A DNA stretch of 64,000 nt, taken from Eledone cirrhosa. Taxonomy: Eukaryota. Below the pieces are notes generated by a model that was given only the letters and a program-made list of their open reading frames with translations, searched no databases and was not told the DNA's origin. A program made the position numbers and the translations under genes. Position 1 is the first letter of the stretch. Each line of letters begins with the position of its first letter. Below, in pieces: positions 46,675 to 59,949 of this stretch. The stretch lies in contig OZ024741.1 in NCBI GenBank assembly GCA_964016885.1, forward strand, positions 97,402,001 to 97,466,000. Reading direction: 5' to 3'.

Positions 46675-47272
46675 AGATAAGCAGAACAAGCAAAATTCAA
46701 CCCATTTTTCAAAATAAATCAAAATTAATTTACAATTAACATTAATCAAAATTAAAAAGTATAATATAAATATTTACCTATTCAGATAGCCCTTACTGTA
46801 CAGTTTCACTTTGCAAAGCATTAGATATCACATTGATATTAATGGAAAAACAAAGATCATCAGAGAAGCATTTTCCTTTCCTAGGGTTAAAAACCTCAGG
46901 AACGATAAAATATATGACCTCGTCCCCAACTGACACGAGTCTAAAGGTCGTAAAAGTGACCCGTATGTTCGCTGGTGTGAAGTGAAGGCGGGAAATCGCA
47001 GACTTGTTGTCTATAGTCGCCACTAAAAAAATAGCAGCTAGATAGAACGACAGATTTGTTCTCTACATAACGGAGAATATGAATAAAGTTAATATATCTG
47101 AGGGTACAAGGTACCCCCAGAAATACATAGGTTGTCTATGATTCAAGGTAGTTCTATGGTAATAATTTGATATACCAGAACTTAATATCAAGATAAGCAG
47201 AACAAGCAAATTCAACCACTTTTTCAAAATAAATCAAAATTAATTTACAATTAAAATTAATCAAAATTAAAA

Positions 47273-47280
<8 letters not shown>
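46671..47280 (-). mobile_element. Family G: ~1.2-mer of a 516-bp unit with hammerhead at 46789-46869, between (TA)n tracts
   Basis: ~95-bp direct repeat at 46671 and 47187; minus: TTCT-CTGATGA-T-CTTTG..CATTA ATATCA ATG TGATAT C TAATG..CAAAG-T-GAAA-CTGTACAG-TA|AGGG. Confidence 0.88.
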
Positions 47281-47352
<72 letters not shown>

Positions 47353-47370
47353 GTGTGTGTGTGTGTGTGC

Positions 47371-47432
<62 letters not shown>

Positions 47433-48164
47433 GTGTATATATATATATAGAGAGAGAGAGTGAATGTCAAAACGTGATATGAAGCTCATAATTCATATTA
47501 GATTAGAAATGATTTTTCATTACGCCACAGGACCACACCATTCCTGCAAGACTATACTATAGGCGTGAACATTGAACAAAGTCCCTCTTGGGTTACCCTG
47601 CCCCTGCCTACAAAGTATACATCTACAAGCTTAATAGAACTGAGAGTTCCATACGCCGAATATTATGCAAGCATGACAAACGAAAATGCATGTTAGAGAC
47701 ACACAACAAAGAAGGTATCATGAAACACCAATGTGCCCATACTCTGGAATATGATGATATTTACAGCCGGGAAATCCAGACGTACTCGTTGGACACTGCC
47801 ATCATGAATCGCCAGTGTCACCTAACGAAAATATTAGACGCTGAGAGTAACAAAAGGTCTTGTAGTCACACACAGAAAATAGATTATTAAAATTAACAAT
47901 AAACATAATCCCCATATATGCACCAGGGATTACTAAAATTTATGGAGACAAATATATAATCAAACTTTCAAGAATTAATATATATGAATCATAGTTCAAA
48001 CAGCATTAGTAGCCACTGCACAAATATAAAACTAAATACACTTAATACAATACAAAATACGAATCCAAAAACACAACACCCATGTTGTATAAATCTCTGC
48101 CTCGTACAGTTATGAAATAGACATGCATTGAAAATATGTTTATTATTATAATCAATAAATAAAC

Positions 48165-49085
48165 GGTGAACAGGTGTGGTCGCAGCTTGTCTCTTTGACT
48201 GAGCTGCAGTCCTGGCTCAAAAGACCAAGACTGGGTGATTAGCATTTTGAATGTTGCCAGGCGCTCGCTTCCCTCTACCAGGCGGGCAATGCGGTCAGTG
48301 GAATTCCACTCTCGATTTCTATAGTGGTGGGCAAGTGCAACGACGATCTCTGAGAAATTCTTGGCGTCGACGAGATGGAATTAGCTAGACATTTCCGGAG
48401 GACTTTCGAGCAGGGAGCTATGGACAATTTCCAGAAATCCTTGAGGATTAGAGATAAACTCTATTGGCACGGCTGTGTTGTCAGATGGAGATGTCCGTGA
48501 TGCGCACTGAGCGAAGAAACCGTTTTTCAGGCACTCGCCTAGTGCCCGTGTATTTCTGACGTAAGGGGTTAAGTTGAAGAGCTGTTATCATGTGTGGGAC
48601 CGATCCGGGTGTCGACCGAGTCCGTAATGAAGATCGCTCACCACCTTCGTTTGCCGGGAAAAGCAGGCAGTTTTCCTCGGTCTGATAGCTGTAGAGAAAG
48701 ATGTGTGGTGGACGCGACTGATAGGTCTGAAGACAGACACTTTCCTCTTCGGGCAGGCCCTTGTCAATGTTTTCAAGTTCCACTTGGAAGGAGAATAAGC
48801 GTGGAGAGAGAAATGCTGCCCCCAGAACATTTTTTTAAAGGGAGGTGATTGATGCGAGGATGGCCCGTGCGAATAGCCCACTCTGAACATTCGCTGGAAG
48901 GATGGAGAGAACGAGGGACACCCTCCCTGGGTGGTATGCGTCCCTTTTGAGGAATTCTGATGTTGATATTTGTTTGTCAATTTTTTTTTTTTTTTAAACT
49001 TTAATTCGAATATATGTGACCCTCCACTGTCCCCTGTATTTGTGTTGTCCTCTATGTGGGCCGTTGTGGCCAATTGTAAAGACAT
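48165..49085 (+). mobile_element. Tx1/L1-like LINE 3' fragment
   Basis: Homologous to 41840-42880 in the opposite orientation; same 3' UTR CCACTGTCCC..GTGGCCAAT. Confidence 0.8.
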
Positions 49086-49114
49086 TATTATTATAATTAA
49101 TGGTTTCTTATATA

Positions 49115-49415
49115 GGCCCAATGCTAGCAATTTCTTTTGTGGGTGAGTCGATTAAATCGACCCCAGTGCGTCACTGGTATTTTATTTTATCGATCCCGTA
49201 AGGATATAAACCAAAGTTAACCTTGGCGGGATTTGAACTCACAGCGTATATGGCCTGAGTTCAAATCACTCCGAGATTAACTTTACGTTTAATCCTTGCG
49301 GGGTCGATAAAATAACGTACCAGTAATGCACTGGGATAATTGTGCCACAAGTAGAAACAATCCAGTAATGCACTGGGTAATTGCTGGCCTTATGCCAAAA
49401 GTAGAAACAATTATT
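49115..49415. mobile_element. Two 5'-truncated SINEs joined head-to-head (minus 49115-49241, plus 49255-49415)
   Basis: GGATTTGAACTCA...CTGAGTTCAAATC junction. Confidence 0.85.
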
Positions 49416-49799
49416 ATTGATTATAATAATAAAGAAATTATTATCATCATAATAATAATACTAATAAAAATAAATACAAAATTATTAATTATTGCACTTA
49501 AACATTATTTTTGTCGACATGAGTATCTTTCGGGTTTAGGTGTGCTTTTGTTGTTCCCCAGGATGTAAATATCTCATCACGTATTCGTTTGTTTTATATT
49601 CTTATTATTATAAACTCCAAAATGTGTCTGTTTCAAAGCGATTATAATCATGATTTCATCTTCCTCACGACATCTGCTGCATTGAAAGAGAACAGATAAT
49701 AAGAATTGAGTAATAAAAAAAAAGAGTTTAATATGAAAGAGAAGTTAAATACAAAAAGTCTAAATACATAATATTAAAATTCCTGCTATCAACTGGAAT

Positions 49800-50150
49800 A
49801 TTCATTAATTGACCCTATAAAAGATCGCAAACTTCTAAGACGCCAGACGTTTGTGCCAGGGAAGTAAGTCTTTGTTTATATTCTTATTTTTTAAATACAC
49901 ATTATTAATGGTAGTGAGAGATTTTTCGTGAAAATATCGATTATGGAAGTAAATTCCGTGCACTTTTACCGAACTACTTGTCTTTTGTCAATAGGTGATT
50001 AAATGAATGCGATTGAGGTTACATTAAAAACGACATATAGTGTTTCAAATACCCATCATACAGCTCATTAGAGGGAATTCAACTGGTTACGTTTTGCTCA
50101 ATTTCAAAGAGAATGTGGGTAATAATTAAATCCTTGGGTAGCTATGATAA
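49800..50150 (-). pseudogene. TIR-domain remnant of TLR-like pseudogene 3
   Basis: Minus, frameshifted: FI.SY.KDLIITHILFEIEQN (box 1 region) and KTY.PW (box 3 region). Confidence 0.4.
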
Positions 50151-50322
50151 AATTCATAATTCATTCGAAGATTTAATCACATACACACGAGCACAATCAC
50201 ATGCATAATACATAATCATAGATGCGCACATACACACGCACAAATAAACACACATACACACACACATATATATGCGTGTGTGTGTGTGTGTGTGTTTATA
50301 TATATATATATAAATACATATG

Positions 50323-50362
<40 letters not shown>

Positions 50363-50371
50363 TACATACAT

Positions 50372-50405
<34 letters not shown>

Positions 50406-50535
50406 CCAAAATTAAGATACATTAAATAAAATAAAATTAAATTAAATTAAGGGTGTCATGCCGGATAGACATGCGCCATATCACCCGTAAAATATGCTCC
50501 AACATTCTAATGAATAGATACGAGCATTTTATATA

Positions 50536-50761
50536 AACTAGAAATTGATTGACATATAAATAAACATATGAAACAATCACAGCTAGGTAGGTAACTAAAT
50601 AAAGTTTAACTAGAACTTCAAAAATAGATACCTTATATATGTTTGAAGTTCTAGTTAAACTTTATTTAGTGACCTACCTAACTATGTGTGCTTACACACT
50701 TTACAAATTATTCCCCGAGATTGTTTCATGTGTTTATTTATATGTCAACCAATTTCTAGTT
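50536..50761. repeat. Imperfect fold-back (arms 50536-50622 / 50642-50761, ~30-bp indel), ending in (TA)n
   Basis: AACTAGAAATTGATTGACATATAAATAAAC mirrors GTTTATTTATATGTCAACCAATTTCTAGTT. Confidence 0.85.
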
Positions 50762-50924
50762 GATATATATATATAAAGATGAAATAAAAGATGGTTATAA
50801 GAGTTCCATATATTTTATTATACGTATTTCGAATACAAAATCATCCTGGGACAGATAAAAAATAAGGTACAATGATATAAGGCATAATAGCACTTTTTTA
50901 TAGGAAAGTGCTAAGTATTTCTTC

Positions 50925-51030
50925 GACCCACGACAGCAACGGGAACAATATGGACACATTCAGTAAAGACCTGATAAACACATTTCGCGAACTAGGCCTT
51001 AAAATCAGAGGCAACAGGAACATCGTTTTC
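50925..51030 (+). mobile_element. Penelope-like RT fragment (after the YRDD motif)
   Basis: NGNNMDTFSKDLINTFRELGLKI..NRNIVF resembles GxxxDxxxKDIIxxFxxxGLKI..N..IVxF. Confidence 0.7.
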
Positions 51031-52229
51031 CACATGCCCGAATGGAGGTCCAGTTTAAAAGTGGCTCCAATAATATACAGACGTGGCCATGGAGGACCCC
51101 GAAACCAATGGAAGCACATAGATGTTAAAAGTGTGAAACATTGTTTATACTAAATAAGCTATCTAATAGATTGAGCACTATTTGCCTTTATCTTTCATCA
51201 ATTCACAACCACACACACATTTTCTTTTCTTTTTCAAGAACTGGGAAAAAGTCAGAGACGCACAAACACGCATATATATATACAACCATGGTCTCCCTTT
51301 CCTTCCGTATATATATATATATATATATTTATATATAAAAGCCAGTATTTTATTATTAGCATAAATGTAAAGTTAAAGCGTTGTTCTCTTTACTAATAAC
51401 GAATATATCATAATATATATAGTCTCCATATTTTTTGTTTTGGATACTGTCTTCCAATCTGTAAACTATCTATCAGGCTTTCATATTAGGTGGATCGATA
51501 TGAATATAAATGCACTGGGGAAAATTATCTGCGTAACCTTTACATATATTGATACGATAATAGCCAATAATACTTGAATAGGCACTGAAACATATTAAAA
51601 GTGCTAAAGTATTGCTCTAAGCTGTAAAATACAATCTGCAATTTTCTGGATACGAATTTCAATGTCGTTTATTTTACAGCTACATCAAATTTGGTGCTAT
51701 CATCTGTTTAAAACAGTTTCCATTCAAAATATAATGAAATCAGTAAATAGATTTTTAAATTCTTTGTGTAATTTTATGCAATTTAGGAAAGTATAAAGGA
51801 TTTTATATAACTTGTAGTTGTTTACAAGTTCAAATATTTAACTTACATAAGATCTGATGAAAATAGAATACCGTACAATTTAATAATATAATGCTTCTGA
51901 GAAAAGAAATAACGTAGGATATATAGCACTTAAAGCTAGTGATTCATAACAGAGTGCCTGTCTATCGATGCATCTATCTTTCTTTTCTTCTATTTATCCC
52001 GCATTTTTCTTTCATTTGCTCCCGGTTACTGTCACTGTTCGTATGTACATACAATCACATACATACATGAATATATATATATACATACATTCACATACGC
52101 ATACTTGCATCCACAAACATAGATACATACATTCATACATACATACATGCACGCATATTTGTATGCATGCATAGGTAGATTCTTACATACATAAATACTT
52201 ACATACTTACATACATACTGCATCCTAGA

Positions 52230-52790
52230 GGGATGCGAGCTTCAATATGAGAGTAATATAGATAAGCAAATACATCTGTCATGGCCAAAAACAGGCATAT
52301 TAACTCCCATTCTTTCAATCCAATAAAAGGAAATGACTACCAAATACCTGATGCATCAATGAGATAGGTATGCAGCGAAATTACCTACATCTGATGAAAA
52401 ATGCAGTTTCTGTGTAATATACATCAAATTCTTCCGCAACACCATAGAAAGTGTCCATAGGTGTCATAACATAGTAGATATGAGGCATCCTGTAGTGGTT
52501 TTAAAATCACCTTAAGAATATAAACAAAAGAATCTCTCAACTATCTTTTTAAAATAGATATCTTATACAGTGCAGTCTGCAATTAAAACACCACTCTATC
52601 TAATAGCGGTTTCTCATGAAAAATATCTTACTCTCCTAAACAAACAAACCTAATTCTTGGGGGAAAATACGAAGAAACCAATATGTGTCTCCCATCCATT
52701 CTCGCCCAAAGTTAAAACCAACTTATTAAAAAAATATCACTGCCCTATTAACAAGTTCTTCCCTATAGTATAGACCAAGTATAGACCAAG
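52230..52790 (+). mobile_element. R4/Dong-like non-LTR C-terminal fragment
   Basis: SIQ*KEMTTKYLM...DEKCSFC resembles AIQEQEIxTKYL...DxKCRxC. Confidence 0.55.
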
Positions 52791-53415
52791 TTTTAACAAG
52801 CAAACAGTGAAACTCTACTGTGACATCTATAATATATATCTATCACTGAAGAAACATTTTATGTAAGCACTTCACTATATTTCACAAGCCCATATAATAT
52901 ATATTCACCAATCCTAAACACAATCAACTTCATTCTATTATACACAAGCCTAAATAAGAGTTATCCACCCTGATTTAACTGATAGCTGAACACACTAAGT
53001 TTTCTCCTCTTCCATAATAACTCTCTAGGTATCTTAATAAACAACCATAATAAAGATGTCGGTCTGACGACCTGCGAAAATAGCAATTTCCTAACCAAAC
53101 GTCCATATTTGACAGATGATAATGTGAAGTTTATCTAATTGTGTATATTTCAATTGGTCCTATGGACTGATTGCCCTACCAGCTTTGAATACATATATGT
53201 TAGAGTGTCGGGGCCCGAGAGGTGACACTTTGCAGTTTGGAATTTGCAGTCGAAATAACAAGACCTCAGCCGTCGGGCCCCGACGCATTAATATAATTAC
53301 ACTCTTATCCCAATAATCTAGTATTCTGCTGAATAATGATCTTACTAATTTAAAACTGGTATAATCCAGATCTTCATCTCTCTCAGCCCCTCTCTTCCAC
53401 CCCACCCCTATTTCA

Positions 53416-53509
<94 letters not shown>

Positions 53510-53638
53510 TGGTAATTATCTCTACATACATTTATGGTCCTATGAATATACTTGCTTATTTCAGCCTCCATGTCGCCTATTTTTATATTGCCACTTACCT
53601 CTCATTCTTAATACACACAAACACACACACACACACAC

Positions 53639-53696
<58 letters not shown>

Positions 53697-54569
53697 GTAT
53701 ATACAAAATCCCCCTCACACACATATATATATTTCTATAATTGTGTAAATATATGTACATGCACACATACATATATTAACACCTACACGCGTATATATAT
53801 ATATCATACATGCATGCAAACTTATATTCCGATGAATAGGCTTTATCTCTTGACGAAGGTGAGGTGTCGTTATATAGAAGGAAATTCTCACAATATAACA
53901 TTAAATTGCTTTTCAGTTCTTTTTACACTCAAGTCAAGTCTAATTGGAAATAATATTAAATTTAGGAAGTCGAAAAGAAAACGAGATGTAGTGAAATGTA
54001 TCTATAGAAATATTGCGAAGATGGAAACTATTGATTTGAAATTAATTTATCCAATGTCTATGGACATGGAGTGGGGAACACACATGTAATAGAATTCAAT
54101 GCATGTGTAAGTATTTTTGTGCGGGCGAAGGTGACATTATGAGTTATGTACGTTTCTGTATCGTGTGTATTTAATTACATATGCGTACATGTATATGCAA
54201 GCATATATGTGACGATTCGTGCGTTTATGTGTGTGTACAACGTGATTTTGTCGTGCATTTATACGTAGAGACATAAGGGCAAACTGTGTTAGATGATAAT
54301 AGATTGAAATCGCTTCTAATTCTTATAATATACCTATAGATTATGCACACACACACTCACACACACACACACAAATATATTTATATATATTTATATATAT
54401 TTATATATATATATAAATATATATATATATAAATATATATATATATAAATATGTGTGTGTGTCAATAATATATATATATATTATTGAAGTCGATATGCAA
54501 TTACTGTTGAAAAAGGTACTCAATATATTAGTAGAGTATAGGCATATTCATTTTATTATAGAAATTATT

Positions 54570-56000
54570 TCTATAGGACAGTTTTGGACCGAAATTGGTA
54601 GGCTACAGGCTAGTTAATGTACTTCTGCAACTCTTTGTTGTAAATGTGATGGTGAAATCTGAAGTTCTCGATGGCCCTCAGATCTCTGCTATCGAAGCCG
54701 TCAATCCTCATTGCCAGTGTCTTTGTGGGAGCGAATCACGTTTCTGCTCGATCGACCGATACGTTGAAGATACAGTGCTACGTCTTCAGAGAGAATGAGC
54801 GTTGGTGCACAAATATCTTGACCTCGGTAGCCAGGCAACATCTGCGGTTCCATTTTGGTGACTATCGGCCCCCGGCAAATGAAGGAGCTAACAAACTCCA
54901 TGACATTAGGTCAAATATGAAGCGGAGGATGATCTAGGCCACTGCCGACTTCCATCTGCTTGTCTTCGCCAGCTTATCAGAAGACCAACCTAAACGGCCC
55001 TGAACAGATTAATCGAGTTTCTGAATAGCGTGGTGTCGTTCGTGTACGCTTGGTCGATAAGGTCATATTTCCCGAAAATAACGCCTGAAACTCTCTCAGA
55101 AAATGTGGTTATTAGATAGTCAAAGACACAGTTAAAGAAGTCGGAGGCAGCTACGCAGCCCTGTCTAAACGTTCTGTTGATCGGTAGCCAGTCCGTGTCC
55201 TTCCCGTTCACCCGCATGCAACTCTCGACCCTCTTATAGAGCCTTTGGAACAGGGTGGTGATCTTGAGAGTTGCACTGGTTAGCTTTAGAATTTTACAGA
55301 GGGATGGGTGATCGAACGTTTCGAAAGCCGCCCTGAGGTCGACGAAGGCAACGTAGAAGCTGTGACTTCTGCGAAACTCCCGAGATCTTTCATTAATAAG
55401 AGAAAGGTCAAACTTGTAGTCGGAGTAAGATCATTTTGAGATGAAACCGGATTGATGTTAACGATATCTACTTCCAATGACGAGAGAAGTACGGCTTAGG
55501 TGGACCTTGGTGAAAAGCATTCTGTGATGATGACGATGTTTTGGTATCTTTCATCGGGGTTGTCTAGATCCGGGGACCGGCACGAGGTCTGAGGAGCTTG
55601 TTGAACACCTGACTGAGGTCTTTGTAACTTTCCGCTGCCTCCAGGCGCTCGGCAACTTCCACCTAAAACGTCTCGTGATGGCATTCGGTTGAACCGGCGG
55701 TACTTATTCATATCACCACAAGGTGAGTTTTGCAGCAAATGATAATTACCTCCAGTGGCGTCTGCAGAGAAATCCAGAGCTGATTGGGAAGAGGTCTTTA
55801 GTTTACCAGAACATCATCCGAAGACTGGTTGACGCTTGACTTAAAAAACTTCCTGAGATCGGACTCGTTCTCGGCCAGTGCGCCATGGAATATGCATATG
55901 TATAGGCTATATTGGGAACTCGGAGACAGGATGAGTCAAGGCGGGGTTGGTACATGGTGGTAAGTCCGCCCGCACCCGCAGCCTGAGCTTCAGTGTCGCA
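54570..56000 (-). mobile_element. Decayed LINE RT fragment (RTE-like)
   Basis: RVNGKDTDWLPINRTFRQGCVAASDFFN...AYTNDTTL, i.e. the QG..P.LF and YADD motifs. Confidence 0.8.
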
Positions 56001-56004
56001 GCCA

Positions 56005-56042
<38 letters not shown>

Positions 56043-56079
56043 GTGAACAAGCATACCACACAAACTAATAACACGCCGC

Positions 56080-56480
56080 ATGCAGCTCGGGTATGTAATT
56101 GTAGAGACCAAACTTGATTCCCACTGGAGAAAAATACCTGTTCTGGTAGCTTGTATATAAAGCAGATATACAGAGAAATATCTACATTTGACTAACCGAA
56201 AATACATTTAAATACCGCTTTTCTCAACACCTTTATACGTTCAATAACAGGCGATTGCAGAATTCAAAATCTCTCTCGAAATATATTTATAAATTTAAAA
56301 AGAATTGGTTGTCAAACCTTACCATTAATTAGATATTGTGGCAAAGGCAAAATCTTGTAACGGATGTGGCACAATGCGGCATTTATGTTCCAGTTAAAAA
56401 CTAAATACCCTAGCTTTATCACCTGTCATCTTGAACGATCAGTAGGAAACACTTTCCCCCTATTTATACACAAACTAGTT
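56080..56480 (+). mobile_element. Penelope-like GIY-YIG fragment; probable long 3' UTR to ~58760 with degenerate hammerhead at 58662-58690
   Basis: CNCRDQT*FPLEK..YKADI..IYI*LTENTFKYRFSQHLYTF..IVAKAKS..HLC; CCGATGA-AGGAC TAGT GTCA-GAAAC downstream. Confidence 0.8.
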
Positions 56481-57753
56481 TTGTTTGTGTCACTTCAAAC
56501 ATATTTACTCCCTGGACAGTACATCACTACCCCACGGTTTATCCACCACATAACGATGTGTATCAGACTGTGTAAATGTAGGAAGACACCACTCCAAAAC
56601 CCAAACCCTACCCTGTCTAGACGCTATATCTCAGCTACCACTGCGGGTATCCTATAATTAAAAACGATATGTTTCATACATTTCAGGACTCTTATGCGTT
56701 ACCATGCTAACCATTATTCTTCATTCCATGACTCCACCACCAATATATATTTATAATCTTCTAGTCCTTCTATTTTATTTTACTTCATATGTTTATATTA
56801 TAATTTTTAAATTTTCAATTTGAATTTTTTAATTTTTAATTTTTAATATCCTAATTATGAATGTGTCTTCTTTATTTATTTATTTTTTTTAATTAAATTA
56901 AAATGAAAAAAAAAAAAATTTATTTTCTGATATTTTGTAATTGTTTTGTTATATTATCCAACGTGTCAAACTTTCATTTTTCCATTTTCCATTTCCACGT
57001 CTACAATTTTCATCGTTTTCATTTTTCCTTATTTCCTTTAATGTTCATACTTTATATGTGCCTAACACCTACACCACACCAGCACTACCACTAACATCAT
57101 CATATATAATCCCATAATGTTTATATTTTAATAATCTTCATTGCAGTTAATTCCTTTATATCTCCCTAAGTTATATTCATATATCTTATATATTTCACAT
57201 ATTTACTTAACACAAATGCCACTCTCCTACCACTCACTCATTCACCCATCATAGTTTCCATCACTACCGTTATCCTATATTCAACCACCTTTAGATATCA
57301 CAGCTCCACACTTCATATTCCATTGGGTCGTCAAGTATGAAATTTGTAAAAATTTGCTTCTTATTTTGACAAATTTCTACAAATTTCATACTTGATGACC
57401 GTATATAATTTTATATTCATATAATCTTCATCGTACTTAATCTTAATTTTTAAACTGCATCGCTTTATATTCTTTACTCATCTCCACCACACCAACACCG
57501 CCACCGCAACCACTACTAAACGCCACCATAGTATCTACAGCCCCACCCGCTCATCGTATATATGTATGCATGTATAGGAACTTGTATGTTCATATTTAAG
57601 TATGTATGTATATATGCATGGCTGTGTGTAGGCAAGGCTGTGTGTAAGTATATATATGCGTGCATATTTTTATGTGTATATTATATGTGGATGTGTATGT
57701 GTATATGACTATATATCTGTGCGTGCGTATATGTATGCATATGCATATATATG

Positions 57754-57803
<50 letters not shown>

Positions 57804-58204
57804 TGTGTGTGTGTTTAGGTTTTTACGCGCATATGTTTCATGTATACATATATTTATGTATCTTTTCATAACCTTTTATGATATTTTATAATCATTTATA
57901 ATTTTAAAATAATTTTAAATCATATTTCCGTGTATGTCTTTTACATGTATATATATTTATTTACATATCTGTAAGGATCTGCCTATGTCTATGTATGTGT
58001 AAATACGTTTGTATATATATTTACGTACGAGTGTAATTGTATACATATGTATATTCTATCCACCACTTCATCCTCTGAATCCTACGAAACTATTCACTAA
58101 GCCCACTATACACCCATCTTCATATTCATCACCTCGCCCCACTGTCCACTTAAACATATATAGCTATGTACATTATCAACCATTATTAATTTCTTTTTCA
58201 ATCC

Positions 58205-58306
58205 CTCCAAGGTCGACTTTGCCTTTCATCCTTACGGGGTCGATAAAATAAAGTACCAGTAATGCACTGGGTAATTGGTGGCCTTGTGCCTAAAGTGGAA
58301 ACAATT
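58205..58306 (+). mobile_element. SINE 3' half
   Basis: GCCTTTCATCCTTACGGGGTCGATAAAATAAAGTACCAG core. Confidence 0.85.
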
Positions 58307-58761
58307 AAGTTCTTTTTCACACAACCCGCCATTGCCACAACCAACATGACACTTCCTATCTTAATTAACCTACCCTCTTCCTATTTCTATACTGTGTCCT
58401 ATTGAAACTTTAGTTCGTGTCCGATGACACTGAGATAATCAGACTAAACTCCGGTGTAACAAAACTCACTATTTAGCCTTAATTAAAAGAATATATATAT
58501 ATATACACACACACGCACACACACACACACACATCCACACACACATTGTATATATATGTATGGCTGACTAAATATGCATGTGCGTTTTCTCCTTTTCCCC
58601 TGTTCCTTTTTTATTTCACTCTTTTCTTTTTTTATTTATCTTCAATTTCTAACTCTATTTTCCGATGAAGGACTAGTGTCAGAAACATTTCGTAACTTTC
58701 TTTCTATTTCAAGATTTATTTATATTTCTACAATGTACTGTATCATTTCCTATTTACTTTT

Positions 58762-58874
<113 letters not shown>

Positions 58875-59099
58875 GAGGGTAGGAGAGAGAATGAGAGTGC
58901 GTTTGCTGACGTCTGTCTGTGTGTACGCATACGTATACTTCCCTACCTATCTACGTAAATACATACATATTCAAACATGTAGTAGCAATTTATTTCTTCA
59001 CAGCCCTGTTACTTCACACTTTTGTTACTATATTATACCCCGCGGCTTAATTATATTTTAGTACATGACAATTTTAATATCGCGTCTGACGTTAACTCA

Positions 59100-59930
59100 T
59101 TCTGTCTGCATTTCATACTATTCTTGCTATTAATTCATTTTTTACACTCAAACGTTCCTCTCAATTCATATATCTCAAATGTCTAGTGTTTATAGAATAA
59201 ATGTGTATATATTCATTTATTTACTTTTAGTATTGTGAAAACTATTTTCTGGACTTACTTGATCTTTTATCTACAACAAGAGCGTATTTCGATATTAGAA
59301 GAGACGTTTATCACATCTTTTAATATTTATAGTAACGCAATCTTTTCTTCACTTTCAAAGCGTTGCTGTATATCAGAATTCCATTGAGAAGTTGCTGAAA
59401 GAACCTATAAAATAATTGACAGTACGATCACGAGCTTGGGATGTAGTATTCTACATTCCATCTTACATTTGTCGGTCTCTTTCAATGGTTTCATAATAAT
59501 ATTGTTTGAACGTGTTAACGTTATTCGTCTCTGTGGATGTAGTAATGATATAAATCTTTTATCGTATTTAGTATCAGGAAAAGTAGGATGTGCCTTCACA
59601 AATACATCTATTCTCCAGATTCTGTTCATTTTTCTATGAGTGCCTTCCATAATATTTAATACATTTCTTATAAATGCTGATCGACATTTAATATAGCATA
59701 GCTGTGAATCAACATTTTACTTAATCGTTTGTAGGAATGAAACAAGAAATCTAATATACGAATTTAAATATTGACATTATACGTTATTAAATATATGAGA
59801 ATTAAATCGAGCATCAGCAAGATTTAGTTTTCAGGGATGCCAAAGAAACATTTGACCATCATTGAAAAATTCTCATGCTACGTTATTCTTCCACCGTAAA
59901 CCATTCTAAGCGAATTTGGCATTGCATATA
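59100..59930 (-). pseudogene. LRR remnants, probably the ectodomain of TLR-like pseudogene 3
   Basis: Minus: PNSLRMVY, LLMLDL, IRILDF, VINVSSNI, HLRYMN segments with stops. Confidence 0.45.
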
Positions 59931-59949
59931 TTTATATATGCATATATAT

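Noticed and set aside
47588-47890. 100-aa ORF MGYPAPAYK...
   Set aside because: Non-ATG start, no recognisable motif and no splice support.
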